Shown piece after piece: positions 1-11,487 of a stretch of DNA of 64,000 nt. The notes beneath the pieces were generated by a model. The model did no database searches. It was given only the letters and a program-made list of their open reading frames with translations, and was not told the origin of the DNA. Numbering within the stretch: position 1 is the stretch's first letter; each line of letters opens with the position of its first letter. The position numbers were made by a program, and so were the translations under genes. The stretch comes from Girardia tigrina (Eukaryota): contig MQRK01231712.1 of NCBI GenBank assembly GCA_001938485.1, positions 14,131-78,130 on the forward strand. Reading direction: 5' to 3'.

Positions 1-392
1 AGTATAAATTACAAAAAAAGAAAAATTAAAATTTTTTTTTAATTTTTATAATTAATTAATTAAATAATTTTTAAAAATATTTTTATAGCGTAATTAAAAT
101 TTTTAAATAAAAAATTCTGTGAAAATAATAATAATATTTTTTTCGCTAATTAAAATAATTTTTTTATTAACAATTTTATTAGCAATTATTTTTAATTAGT
201 ATAAATTACAAAAAAAACGAAAAATTAAAATTTTTTTTGAATTTTTATAATTAATTAATAAAATAATTTTTTTTAATTTTTAAAAATATTTTTACAGCGT
301 AATTAAATTAATTAAAATTTTTTTGAAATAAAAAATTCTGTGAAAATAATAATAATTTTTTTCGCTAATTAAAATCATTTTTTCATTAACAA
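1..392. repeat. AT-rich imperfect tandem repeat, about 197-bp period
   Basis: agtataaattacaaaaaaa...aaaattctgtgaaaataataata...tttttcgctaattaaaat recurs at 1 and 198. Confidence 0.75.
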
Positions 393-522
393 CGAAATCA
401 ATCAATAAAATTACTCAAATCATCTTTCTGAATTTTTTGTACTAAATAAAAATAAAAAATTAATACTAAAATTAAAAAAAAATATTTCTCAATAAAAGAT
501 TTAGTAATTGTCGAGGAAGAAA

Positions 523-1050
523 TTAAAGAGCTTCTTCTTTTTGACCTGAGCCATTGGGTCGCATCTCTCTATTTGTGGCCTCTTTTCTCATACACTCCAT
601 ATTCAGTCCAGTCCATTGTCTCTTTAGTCTTTCTCCTTCCACTCTTCCCTCAATCATAACCTCTGCCAGTGCTTGTTTTCTTATCTGATGACCGTAGAAT
701 TCCAGCTTCCTTCTCTTGATGATCTCTTCTATTGATTCCGGTCTTTCACTCAGTATTTCTGTCACTCTCCTCCACACAAAGTCATTTGTCTTCTTTTCTT
801 TCCACGTGATCTTCAGCATTCTCCTGTAGCACTTCATTTCAAACGCTAAGTCTGTACATGCTGTTCTGATTTATTGTCCAACTCTCGCATCCATAGAGGA
901 GTGTTGCCTTAGTGATCTTCAATCTGCTCTTGAGATGGATTTCTTTGAGGTTATAAACTGTGCTTATTAGAGCCTAAATATTTGCAACTCCTAACTTGTT
1001 CCAGCTTCTCCCCTGCAATGTCGATCTTTAATGTAATTAAATAGTTGACT
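523..1050 (-). mobile_element. RTE-clade non-LTR retrotransposon, 3' fragment
   Basis: LLYGCESWT..., FEMKCYRRMLKITWKEKKTN, IKRRKLEFYGH and MIEGRVEG are typical of the RTE ORF C-terminus. Related fragments near 19400-19520 (-) and 32940-33080 (+). Confidence 0.75.
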
Positions 1051-1317
1051 TTATTGACTTTCTGGGGCCCCGATGATAACACATCTCAGCGTTCTGCATT
1101 GACAAGAGCTTGCAAGCCTCCAGGGAAATAAGCCACAGTGTCACTTACATTCATCCACTACTACAATAACAACAAACATACCGCAGGTCAACGAACTCTG
1201 GAGCAGTGTTTATCCCATACACAGCGCCGGCATATCGATCATTCATCAGGGTACCACGTTAAAACGTCGAAAAAAAGTTTCAATAAAGCATTAAATGAAA
1301 TGATGCATTAAATTGCA

Positions 1318-2356
1318 TCCTAAAAGTTCCCGGTCGATAATGAAAATACAATTTTTTCCGAATTTCTTTTTGGCATTATTTGTTACGGACTACGAGATTA
1401 CAAAACTTGAAAGACTGGACAACAAGAGATGCTGCCGAGGCAATTCGCAAAGTTGAAGGTGCACAAACGGTCGGAAAAAGTACGGCAATTGATTGGTTCA
1501 AGCGATTCAATAAAGGCAACTTTGACTCGTTCTGGACGACCAACAAAATTGGATAACGATGACTTGCAAGCACAGTTGGACACGAAGCCTTCGTCAAGCA
1601 CTCGCGATTTCGCAACTCACCCATACATTCACATTTGAAGCTGCTCGACTTTGTGCACAAGAAACCGCGTCAAGATCAGCACGAACTCATCAAAGCACAT
1701 GCCGATAAAAGAGTCAGAATTTGCCGAAAACTGCTACAGAATCCACGAGATGACCGCTTTTGGAAACGAATTGTGACGTCGGACGAGAAGTGGGTCTACT
1801 TGGTCAACCTCAACCGGGTCGAGCAACGCCGTCAATTCCAAAACAAGATCGATTTGGCTTGAACATCATGTTGTGCGCCTGGTGGAACTTTGAGTGAGTC
1901 GTGCACTTTGAGTTGGTTCAGAACGGCCAGGCCATCAGTGCGGAGCTCAATTGTCAACAGCTGGACCGTGTCTATGAGAAGCTCAAGGAGAAGTACCCTG
2001 CCTTAATCAATCGAAAACGTGCACTGCTACAGCAAGACAATGCTAAGAAGACATTCTGCTTACAGCCCTGATTGCGCTCCATCCGACTATGGCCTCTTCC
2101 GATCCATGCAACACTTGTTGAAAGGCCGCCGATTCGAAGTATTCGATGAAGTTGAACAAGCATGTCAAGAGTTCTTCAATTCGAAGCAGCCGGAATGGTA
2201 CTTTGACCAGATCCGAAAGCTCGCAGACCGTTGGCAGAAAGTAGTCGAAAACGATGGACTGTACTTGGATGATCAATTGTTATTTACTTAAAATAAATTC
2301 TGGCACAAACAATTGTATTGTTCATTGTTGACCGGGATCTTTTAGGACAACCCAAT
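1318..2356 (+). mobile_element. degenerate mariner (DD34D) element
   Basis: Frameshifted transposase with IVTSDEKWVY and YSPDCAPSDY. TIR tcctaaaag.tcccggtc.a.aatgaa at both ends. Confidence 0.85.
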
Positions 2357-2699
2357 ATTATTAAATTATTATTTTGATCACCGCAAATGAAAATTGTATT
2401 CGAAATTCAATCTCCGCACAATTAATCAACAACACATTAGAAACAACACATGCAAAAATCGGCGCACATCTTCACGAATATTATCTGAGAACGGAGCTTG
2501 ATGAAATTTCCGGTAGGGTTCAGTTTTCCATTGAAGGATGGCACAATTCATTCAGAAATATATATTGGGTAATTTGAATCCAACACTCTTCTATGCAGAA
2601 AGTAAAATTCGAAGAAAGATCGTGTTTTCCAAAATTCCTTCTGTTGACGAATGGTTTTTAACGAAAAATTAATGGCTTTCTTAATAGAGACTAAGAGAC

Positions 2700-3425
2700 A
2701 CCTTCGACGTAGGCATCAGCAACGAAATTCTAAACAAGACAATCACGAGAGGATGGATCACCACAAAGCCAGACTAGGCCTCCTCTCCTGCAATTACCGC
2801 AACTACCTTTTCCATAACGAAATCTCCAACCTGTGCAGAAAATGTGGAAAGCAACTCGAAACACAAAGCCACATCATCAACCATTGCAAGCACTCCATGG
2901 ATTTCGCCAAGTCCAAACATAACAAAATCAAAGACGAACTTACTAAGTTCCTACGCAAAAAAGATTCGGCGACAACACTGTCTTCACCGAAAGATCACAC
3001 ACCTTCCCGGACAGCACATGGACATCTACGTCGACCTACGCATGGATAATCGAAGTAAAAAGCCCCTGGGACGTAGACAAACAATTCAACGACGCCTACA
3101 CAAGAGCGTGCGACCACTACCTCGATGTTCAAATGGACCTCCTTGAACGCCATCGCAAAGACGAAGTTATGATTTTCACCTTTGTCATCGGAAATGTCTA
3201 GGAAAATGGCACCCTGAAACGACTCCCTCCTTCACGCCATTGGATGAAATGACGATGAAGTCGAAACATACGCCACTAGAGTCGCAAAACGTAACACCTT
3301 TACATATCAAACGAAGAAATAATCACAGACGGCACTACTTAACAACACGCGGTCAAAAACCCCTAGTTCCACCCTGTAAGAGAGTGTAACTGTTCGCCGT
3401 GACGAAGCGAAGGCTGTGGCAACTT
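2700..3425 (+). mobile_element. RLE-type (R2/NeSL/R4 group) non-LTR retrotransposon, 3' fragment
   Basis: CCHC knuckle CRKCGKQLETQSHIINHC followed by (R/K)HNKI, the signature preceding the restriction-like endonuclease. Frameshifted. Confidence 0.65.
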
Positions 3426-3433
3426 ATCGGTTC

Positions 3434-4100
3434 AGATTGATTAATTGCTTTCCATAAAGAGCCGCCGTAACAGTTTCGTCAGGTTTCAGAAGTTCATGAC
3501 ACAAAATGCCCTTCTGATTCCACTATATGCAGAGCAGCATCTTCTTTACATGGATGTTATGCTTGGGAGTAATCTTTGGCGCCTCTCTCGGTCTGTCCAT
3601 GATCTCGTTTTGGATTATCGAAATAAATGTACTTTTCATCACCAGTGATAATTCGATGCATAAATGACTTGCGTTGCGGCACTCATCGTCCTTTATTCTG
3701 AATCTTGCCCATGTCATGCAAGCGATTTGAAATTGAAACCTAATGCGTCAGCTAATTGTTGCTGCGTTTGGGCATCATCTTCATCAAGTAAGGCTTGCTT
3801 TGGTGGTCTACCGCTGTCTTTGTTGCTCAGATCAAAATCGCCTCCTCTGAACCTCTTAAACCATTTCTGATAGACTCTGGCAGTGATTGCATCTTCGCCA
3901 TGTATTTCAGCAATCATTTTTTGATAATCGATGGCACTTTTCTTCGAGTTAAACATGAATAAAAGAATTTCTCGCAAATGGTCTTAATTAAAAGTCTTAG
4001 ATAGCTCTTAAAACACTCTACATTATAGATGCAAACAAATGTTATAGAAACAAGTTTATTAACGGAATAATATGAGACAAAGTGAAACACCTAATACAAT
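3434..4100 (-). mobile_element. truncated mariner (N-terminal HTH and start of DDD domain)
   Basis: REILLFMFN...YQKWFKRFRGGDFDLSNKDSGRP; downstream frames give ITGDEK, KMLLCI and PDETVTAALY. Confidence 0.75.
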
Positions 4101-5027
4101 TTCGCAAATGGTTCATTTGCGGTCAAAAAATTCAACGGATCAACCGACTTCGTCAGGTAGAACTAGATCAATACTGATCAATTTACCTTTATATATCGAA
4201 AGATTGTTTATGTAATCATTTCGTAAGCACTAAAATCTCTGATATTTTCAATAAAGTAGAAGAGGACGGTATTTGCGCGTTGGTTTTTGGATCAAGAGTC
4301 TTAATCATCAGTGGGCCTCCCATCTCTTTTAATGGTATTGAACTGCGAAATGGGCACTTGAACTCTCCCCTTGCTATCGAGTAGTCTGCTGGCAGTCGGT
4401 ATTGTAGGTGCGGGTCTTCTTCGGTATCGTCATTTGTCTGTATCCTCGGCATACTCACAGTTGCGTCCGGTAACTGAGAGTTGGATTGGTTTGATGTCGG
4501 CTCTTCCTCGTTCTCTCTTTCCAAGTTCTCTTCTCTCTGGGCGTTGGATGTTGACGGTTCTTGGTGATTCTTCTGAATGTGAATCCTTAGGAATCCAGCA
4601 GTTTTGTATTCCTTCGGGCAATGTTGGCATTGGTAGTTTCCTTTCTTCTGATGTGGCTGGGCTTTCTTCTCTCTTTGTCTTTAATCATCAATACTTCACA
4701 CGTCACCCTCTCCCAAAAATTATCATATTGTGAACACAGAATATTACAATTACAATAATCTACTTATCGATTTTCTTCCTGGATTTGTTTACAGGATCTC
4801 ATAAGTCGCTCTGTTATATCTGACATCACATCCATTACATTTCAACCGGTAAACTAAATTGGAACATAAACCGATATAAGTGGTGGATTTACTACTAAAC
4901 ACCTTCTATTTTACGTGACTTAGAAAGGATTTTTAGGTTAAATAAATCTTTTTCAAATTTTCAAACCAAAATCTTGATTTTTTGAAAACCGTCAACAGGT
5001 AACTTTAAAATAAATCCCAAATTACGT

Positions 5028-5546
5028 TTACGTTCCAATTTTTCTTTTCTTTTTATCATATTCGAACATTCTCGTTTGAATATCTTCAATCTCTTCAGAT
5101 TTCTTGACATCTCTAACAGCTATTTCTTTCTGCACGTTCTCGTCATCTATCAGATTAGCGTAGACCAAATTTGATAGTTCTCTTTTACCCAACTTTTTCT
5201 CAATTAACTTTTCAATGATTCCATCAGCCTTTCTAAATGTTACTGTAGGATCGCTGGATCCAATTCTCATTTCTACCAGTTCCTTCATTAGATCCAGGAT
5301 AGATTTTTCCTTTGAAAATGCGGATCTTAGTTTCTCTTCACATGTTTCACCTGCTGCTGCTTCATATTTTATTATGNNNNNNNNNNNNNNNNNNNNNNNN
5401 NNNNNNNNNATTTTCCTCTCCTCTGAAAATCCCATTATCTTCGCATACCTGTTAAAGCTCGTTATGAATGCCTCAACTTTTGTTTCTGATCCATCAAAAA
5501 TCTCCGGACCTCTGATGTTCGGAATCACGTGGTCGTGTGTCGCCAT
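5028..5546 (-). mobile_element. Ty3/Gypsy gag fragment
   Basis: PEIFDGSETKVEAFITSFNRYAKIMG is a gag N-terminal pattern, lying directly downstream of an LTR. Confidence 0.65.
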
Positions 5547-5644
5547 ATTAAGAACACCAACACGGGTTTTCGATCTTTTATTTTCATTACAATCAGAATT
5601 GTCTTTTGGACAACTCTCGTAATTTTATTTTAACAATGATTTTA

Positions 5645-5892
5645 TGTAAAGAAAGAACATTTATTTAATTCAAATCTTAGTTAAAAGTTATTTACTTTAT
5701 TTAAATTTTGATATGAAAATTTGAAACGATTTTTAAATATCTTATGCTGTACTTTAAAATATAAATTATACTCTAATAATTCATCGTGAACATCCAAAGT
5801 ATCAATTTTCCATCTGTGTGGGAGAAACACATTTCCAAATACTAAACTCAACATATAAAATTCAACAAACCAAATTTAAAATATTCCTCACA
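5645..5892 (-). repeat. LTR preceded by a polypurine tract
   Basis: Minus strand reads gaggggga|TGTGAGGAATAT just after the integrase stop. Shares the ccatctg...ggaga.acaca motif with the other LTR copies. Left boundary approximate. Confidence 0.7.
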
Positions 5893-5917
5893 TCCCCCTC
5901 GATTTAAATGGCTTTAG

Positions 5918-7047
5918 TCATTCCACATTTCTGATCAATATTCTGCCATCATCTAATTGTATCTCGTAAATTCTTTCATGTCGTCGGTTCTTTATTGTGG
6001 CTGGGCCCATATATCGATTCTCATCCTTCGTTACGTTTTCTTTCTTTATAAGCACTTTATCTATTTGGAATACTCGTTTCGTCTGTGTCGTGCTTTTATT
6101 CATTTCCTTCTCGACAGGTCTTTTTCCATCGGTGTTTTTCCACCAATGTCTTAGTTTTCTACCAAAAATTATTTCTGCNNNNNNNNNNNNNNNNNNNNNN
6201 NNNNNNNNNNNNNNNNNNNNNNNNNNNNNNNNNNNNNNNNNNNNNNNNNNNNNNNNNNNNNNNNNNNNNNNNNNNNNNNNNNNNNNNNNNNNNNNNNNNN
6301 NNNNNNNNNNNNNNNNNNNNNNNNNNNNNNNNNNNNNNNNNNNNNNNNNNNNNNNNNNNNNNNNNNNNNNNNNNNNNNNNNNNNNNNNNNNNNNNNNNNN
6401 NNNNNNNNNNNNNNNNNNNNNNNNNNNNNNNNNNNNNNNNNNNNNNNNNNNNNNNNNNNNNNNNNNNNNNNNNNNNNNNNNNNNNNNNNNNNNNNNNNNN
6501 NNNNNNNNNNNNNNNNNNNNNNNNNNNNNNNNNNNNNNNNNNNNNNNNNNNNNNNNNNNNNNNNNNNNNNNNNNNNNNNNNNNNNNNNNNNNNNNNNNNN
6601 NNNNNNNNNNNNNNNNNNNNNNNNNNNNNNNNNNNNNNNNNNNNNNNNNNNNNNNNNNNNNNNNNNNNNNNNNNNNNNNNNNNNNNNNNNNNNNNNNNNN
6701 NNNNNNNNNNNNNNNNNNNNNNNNNNNNNNNNNNNNNNNTCTTTTGTTTTTGTTGTTAAGGTCTTTCTTTTCTGACAATTCATACAACTTTGCACAATTT
6801 CTTTTACCATTTTTCTCATATCTTCCATATCGAAATCATCTTTCAAATAATTATAAACCTTCTTGCTACCAGCGTGACACAGCATCTTTCTTTCACGAAT
6901 TCAGTCCTTTTACCTTTCGGAATCCAGTATTTGTTATCCATTGTCGTTATGATATCATCTTTCAGTAACCATTTCTTTGTTTTCCTCACAATTACATTCA
7001 CAATTTTGATCATCTCTATGACGATCAATTGTATTGCTTTCACTTGA
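5918..7047 (-). mobile_element. Ty3/Gypsy pol fragment (integrase), core lost in N gap
   Basis: Zinc-binding part CHAG..K.YNYLK...CMNCQKRK. C-terminus AEIIFGRKLR...RYMGPATI...YEIQLDDGR. Confidence 0.8.
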
Positions 7048-7099
7048 ATCCATCACTCAATGTTTAATACTTACAATCTCATTCCAATCTGAACTAACT

Positions 7100-7417
7100 C
7101 ATAGAAGATGATTTTATTTCAAATATTTAATTTAAATTTTATTGGCTAAAATAACATTCCTTTTTATAATCATTTTTAAACATTAATTTGAATTTAATAA
7201 TTTAAAAATTTACAAAAATAAAATTATTTAAAAGTTGCAATAATAAAAACTAAAAATTTGAATATTAAATCTAATTTTAAATAAATTAGTTTCAGATTAT
7301 AAGAATTAAAATATTGATCATCCATCTGATTAGGAGAGACACAATCCCAAATCAAACTACAACATTTAAACATGTAAACACTACACAAAAACATCCACAC
7401 AGCAAATATTCCTCACA
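7100..7417 (-). repeat. LTR copy of the same family
   Basis: Ends aatattcctcaca (7417) and carries ccatctgattaggagagacacaat. Left boundary approximate. Confidence 0.65.
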
Positions 7418-8148
7418 TATACCGTGCCTGTCGAAGAAGAATATTACCGATAGATTTATATTTGAGAAAAAATATAAGGATAGGACTACTTAGGGCTACT
7501 TAGCAATGGCGGATGGTAGTGTTCTCTGATGAGACAATCATCAAATAGTTCTATTCCTTCAGCTCACAAGTCCACTAAACCAAGGGGAAACGCTATAAGG
7601 GCAAGTACACTATCCAAAAGGTGAAGATATTTCCTTCAATCATGCTGTGGAGGTTCTTGTACGGTTCTTGTTCCAAAATACGACGATAAACGCTGCCGTG
7701 TACTTGAATACATTGAAAGACAATCATGCAATGTCAACGCTACATATTTCCAGCACGACAAAACACCTCCTTTCACAGCTTAATCCGTCCAACTCTTCTG
7801 TACGCGATACGCGCATTTCTAGTGTAATTAAAAAAGATGACCGCGTAATTACTTTGGTGGTATTTTTCTAATCATTTGCTGAAGCTGGTTTGTGGAATCT
7901 TTAATCACGAGGTCTTGGAATAATTTTTGTCAATCAGTTTTCGGTTTCCAGTCAATACCTGAATTTCATTCATTCAAATATAAAACCATATCATCATGAT
8001 CAGAGTGGCAATCAAAAACATCAAATTAATAATTTGCTCTACATGTTTCGATTTTCAGTTAATATAATTAACACAAGTGAACCATAGTGATACAAAATAT
8101 GTTTTATATTTGTTTTCAGTAAAACTATTTTATTAATATTTTAAATTA

Positions 8149-10014
8149 TTGGTTCGTACCAGAAAGAGTGAGAATGATGTTATATTTCTATGTGATCTGT
8201 AAAGGTGGAAATTACTGCACAGTATATAGTAACATATAAAGAGTAAAAATATGTAACAGTTAAAAAAATATTGACAGAAAATATTTACTGAATACTTGTT
8301 TGAATATTGGTTGATTTATTTGTCTGTATGATGGCGGAAAATCGAAAAAATCTTCGCTTCTATACCTTCTCCCGTTATTCACTCGGCATAACGGGAAGTG
8401 AAATTTATCAGGAAATCATCTCTGTTCGTGGTGCTGACAGTGTTGGAGAATCTACAGTGTATCGGTGGATAACTGAATTTGACAATGGCAAGACTTCTTT
8501 TGCTTGGGAAAACTGCGAGAGAAAATCAACAAAAACAACCCCTGAAAACATTCTGTTGGTCTCTGGAATTATTAACGCCAATGGTGCAGTGACCATTGAT
8601 GAAATTGAAGATGAGACATCCCTCAGCCATGGAACAATTCAGCGTATTGTGAGTGACCATTTGTGCTTTCGGTCTGTTGCCTGTAAGTGGGTTCCTCATG
8701 CATTGTCAAATGATCAAACGGTTAATCGTGTCACTGCTGCAAAGGAATGGTAGAAAATTTTGAAAAGCAAACACCAACATGAACATATTGTGATGGTGGA
8801 TGAGAAGTGGTTTTACATGAGAACTGTCGGCAAGAAAAGAAGCAACCGTTGCTGGGTCTCCCCTGATGGTGATCACAGTGAACCCATTCATGTCGTGAAG
8901 CGTAGCCAGTTTGACAGAAAAATCATGTCTGTCATCGCAGTGTCCTTCACTGGAAAATATCATTGCGAACTGCTGCAGGAGAGAAAAATCATGAATAGCG
9001 AGCGTAATGTCACTTTTCTTGTTAATATGGAGAAGTTTAGTCGACATGTGTTTCCACTCAACTGGAGAAACATGATTTTCGTGCAAGACAACACGAGGCC
9101 TCATGTTTCCAATGTGACGTCCATGTTTCTCGCAAACAAGAATGCTACCTTGATCCGTCAATCACCATATTCTCCTGATTATAACATCTTGGATCGCTTT
9201 ATTCACCCTTACTTGGAAGATCAGCGACACAAAACCAATTTTCAATCTGCAGATGAGTTACACCAATTCATTACATCAGAACTCAAAAATATTTCTGCTG
9301 ATCGATGGTCATCTGAGATGGGAAAACTGATACAATGGCTCTCTAATGTTATAAAGAAGAATGGTGATTATGAATGAATGTACGAGGGGCGTTCCGAAAG
9401 TAAGTGGAAAAAAGAGAGACGACACCACAAGAAAGAATTTATCGAAGGAATACAATGTCATTCAGATAGGCCTGTCATCTCCGCCAACTCGCGAATGGTA
9501 AGGCAGCGATTTGCATTGATCGATTTGCTGGACGTCCACTCCTGTCCTCGTCGTCTCCAAGGATTCACGTCCATTTTCGAATTGATGCACCCAATTGTAG
9601 ACGGCAGACTTTTGCAGGGCTCTTCCTTGAAACACATTTGATAAGTGGCGCACAATGTCAGACACTGGAGTGTCCTCTTTCCAAAGGAAAAAGATGATGG
9701 CACGCTGAGAACCTACTGCGTCTTCCATATGTTAAACAAAAATGAAAACACAGCCTATGACAGTTTCCTCTATGCTGCTCACATGTTGCATGGACCAATG
9801 CCACTTTTGCTCGTTTTCTATTGGCTGGTAAGTACATCACGCCACCACGCCATCTGTCCCTCTGTAAGATGCACACACACGCGCACACCCGCATATAAGT
9901 ATTTCCACTTACTTTCGGAACGCCCCTCGTATTACACAGGGTTGTTTTTTTTACATTGCTCGTTAGAAATGATATTGACATTTCAAAAGTCTCATTCTTT
10001 CTGGTATGAACTAA
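8149..10014 (+). mobile_element. full-length mariner (DD34D); transposase broken by one in-frame TAG; carries a nested element
   Basis: 25-bp TIRs ttggttcgtaccagaaagagtgaga (3 mismatches) flanked by TA. ORFs 8307..8753 and 8760..9377 are in the same frame. Motifs WVPHAL, MVDEKW, QDN-x34-D (YSPDYNILD). Confidence 0.9.
9383..9929 (-). mobile_element. internally deleted mariner (MITE-like) nested in the 3' UTR of the 8149-10014 element
   Basis: Perfect 28-bp TIRs cgaggggcgttccgaaagtaagtggaaa, TA on both sides. HTH remnant QRAIIFFLWKE...VYNWVHQFENGRESLE. Confidence 0.9.
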
Positions 10015-10246
10015 TATATTTAAAAATAATAATTTGAAGACAAATACTAACATCTCTAAAATAAATTTTATGAAAAATTAATAGAAACAAAATCGTATTT
10101 CATGTGCATCAATTAAACTATAATATCAATTTATGTTTGTAACATGAGTTAAAAAGCAATTGAAAGAGGCTTCAAACCGAACTGTATCCTCAATTTGATG
10201 GACATTAATCGATGTACATGTATCATTTAACAAATCTATTTACTAG

Positions 10247-11487
10247 ATTGTCTCGGATCCCAATTTCGATCGATCTAATTACCCAGTTCTTTCATTTAAC
10301 TCACCACCGTCTCAGAATCACTCGGATTATAAGTGGAATAATCAGCTGAACGGTGGTGTCAACAATAACTCTAACAGTTCTAACTCAAGCATAATCAATA
10401 GTACTAACAGCGGAAATAATATCATCACCAACAGCAAAATCCCAAAATACGGCTCGAATTGCTCATATCGATTACCTCCAGAAGCCTATCCGAACAAATA
10501 CGAGCCACCGACAATCGATCTCGACTCGAGTGGTGCAGTAATCACTCTCAACGGCAAGTTAGGCAAGCTGCCAGATCCTTTCATCAGTGACAACGAGGAG
10601 CAAGATCTTTTGAGGCCTCGAGTTCCTCTCTCGTCCGCCGCTCAATCAATGTCTCTCTCGAAAATGTCGTTCATTAAACACCAACAGTCGTTGTTTAACG
10701 GCGTCCGTTCTATCAATAATACTAGTAACAGCACCAACAATTCCTCCATCATCAACAGTTCTAACAGCGCAACTAACATCGGTCTCACAAGCAGCAGTGT
10801 CATCAACAACAACACCACTAATATCAGCAACAGTGTCGCGACAAACATGGGCAACTATTCCATCAGTAATTCTATCATCAACAGTACCAACAGCACAACC
10901 TCACTCAGCAAAAAGAAACTCAGTAAAAAGATGAGTGAAGAATACGGCAATCAAAAACGGTCGATTCACGAGGATCCGCTGAGGATCAGTCCTGACAATA
11001 ATAACGGAACTTGTGTCACTCAAGGCCATAGTAACAACAGCAGTCTTGGACGGGCGGATTCTCCGGTCATTCAGTCGCAATTACAATCACAGCAACAGAT
11101 TTATCAACAGGGATCGTTATCGTCTTCTTCGTCATCCTCAAATCATCATCACAATCTCCATTCGACAATCATGGTGTCTAAGACAATCACTGGAGCAGGG
11201 GCGGTGTCATCGTCGGTGAGCAGCAGTAGTAAGACGGACCGGAATGTGACCAGTGATGATGTGTGGAACGCGGCATTGAAGGCGACAGTGGAGCCTCTTA
11301 CGATCTCTGTGAGTGCGGGACTTTCCCGTGGCACTACCGGAGTCTCTAGTGTTACCAGTATCACTCCTTCCGTTGGACATGACATCGGGGACACTAATGC
11401 AGGCTCCTGTCTCACTGGCAGCAAGCGTCATCAGCATCAATCCTCCAAGAAACAAAAGCGTAATGCTTCTTTCTCCGGCAACACTCG
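10247..11487 (+). CDS. TAF3: TAF3-like exon (Asn/Ser-rich)
   Basis: Acceptor tactag at 10241-10246. Open frame IVSDPNF...SGNT, donor gtatgg at 11488. Contains ORF-track 10610..11545. Confidence 0.8.

Noticed and set aside
3423-3440. cttatcggttca resembling the U2 snRNA (Utopia) target site after the RLE retrotransposon
   Set aside because: Only about 12 nt with mismatches, then mariner sequence. No U2 gene body.
4285-4320. Possible hammerhead ribozyme (minus-strand CTGATGA plus short stem)
   Set aside because: The required GAAA core is absent and stems I and III are not evident.
5918-6968. Long ORFs of 224-323 aa in the ORF track (also 49710-50177)
   Set aside because: Their length comes from N gaps translated as X. 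Only the flanking integrase pieces are real.
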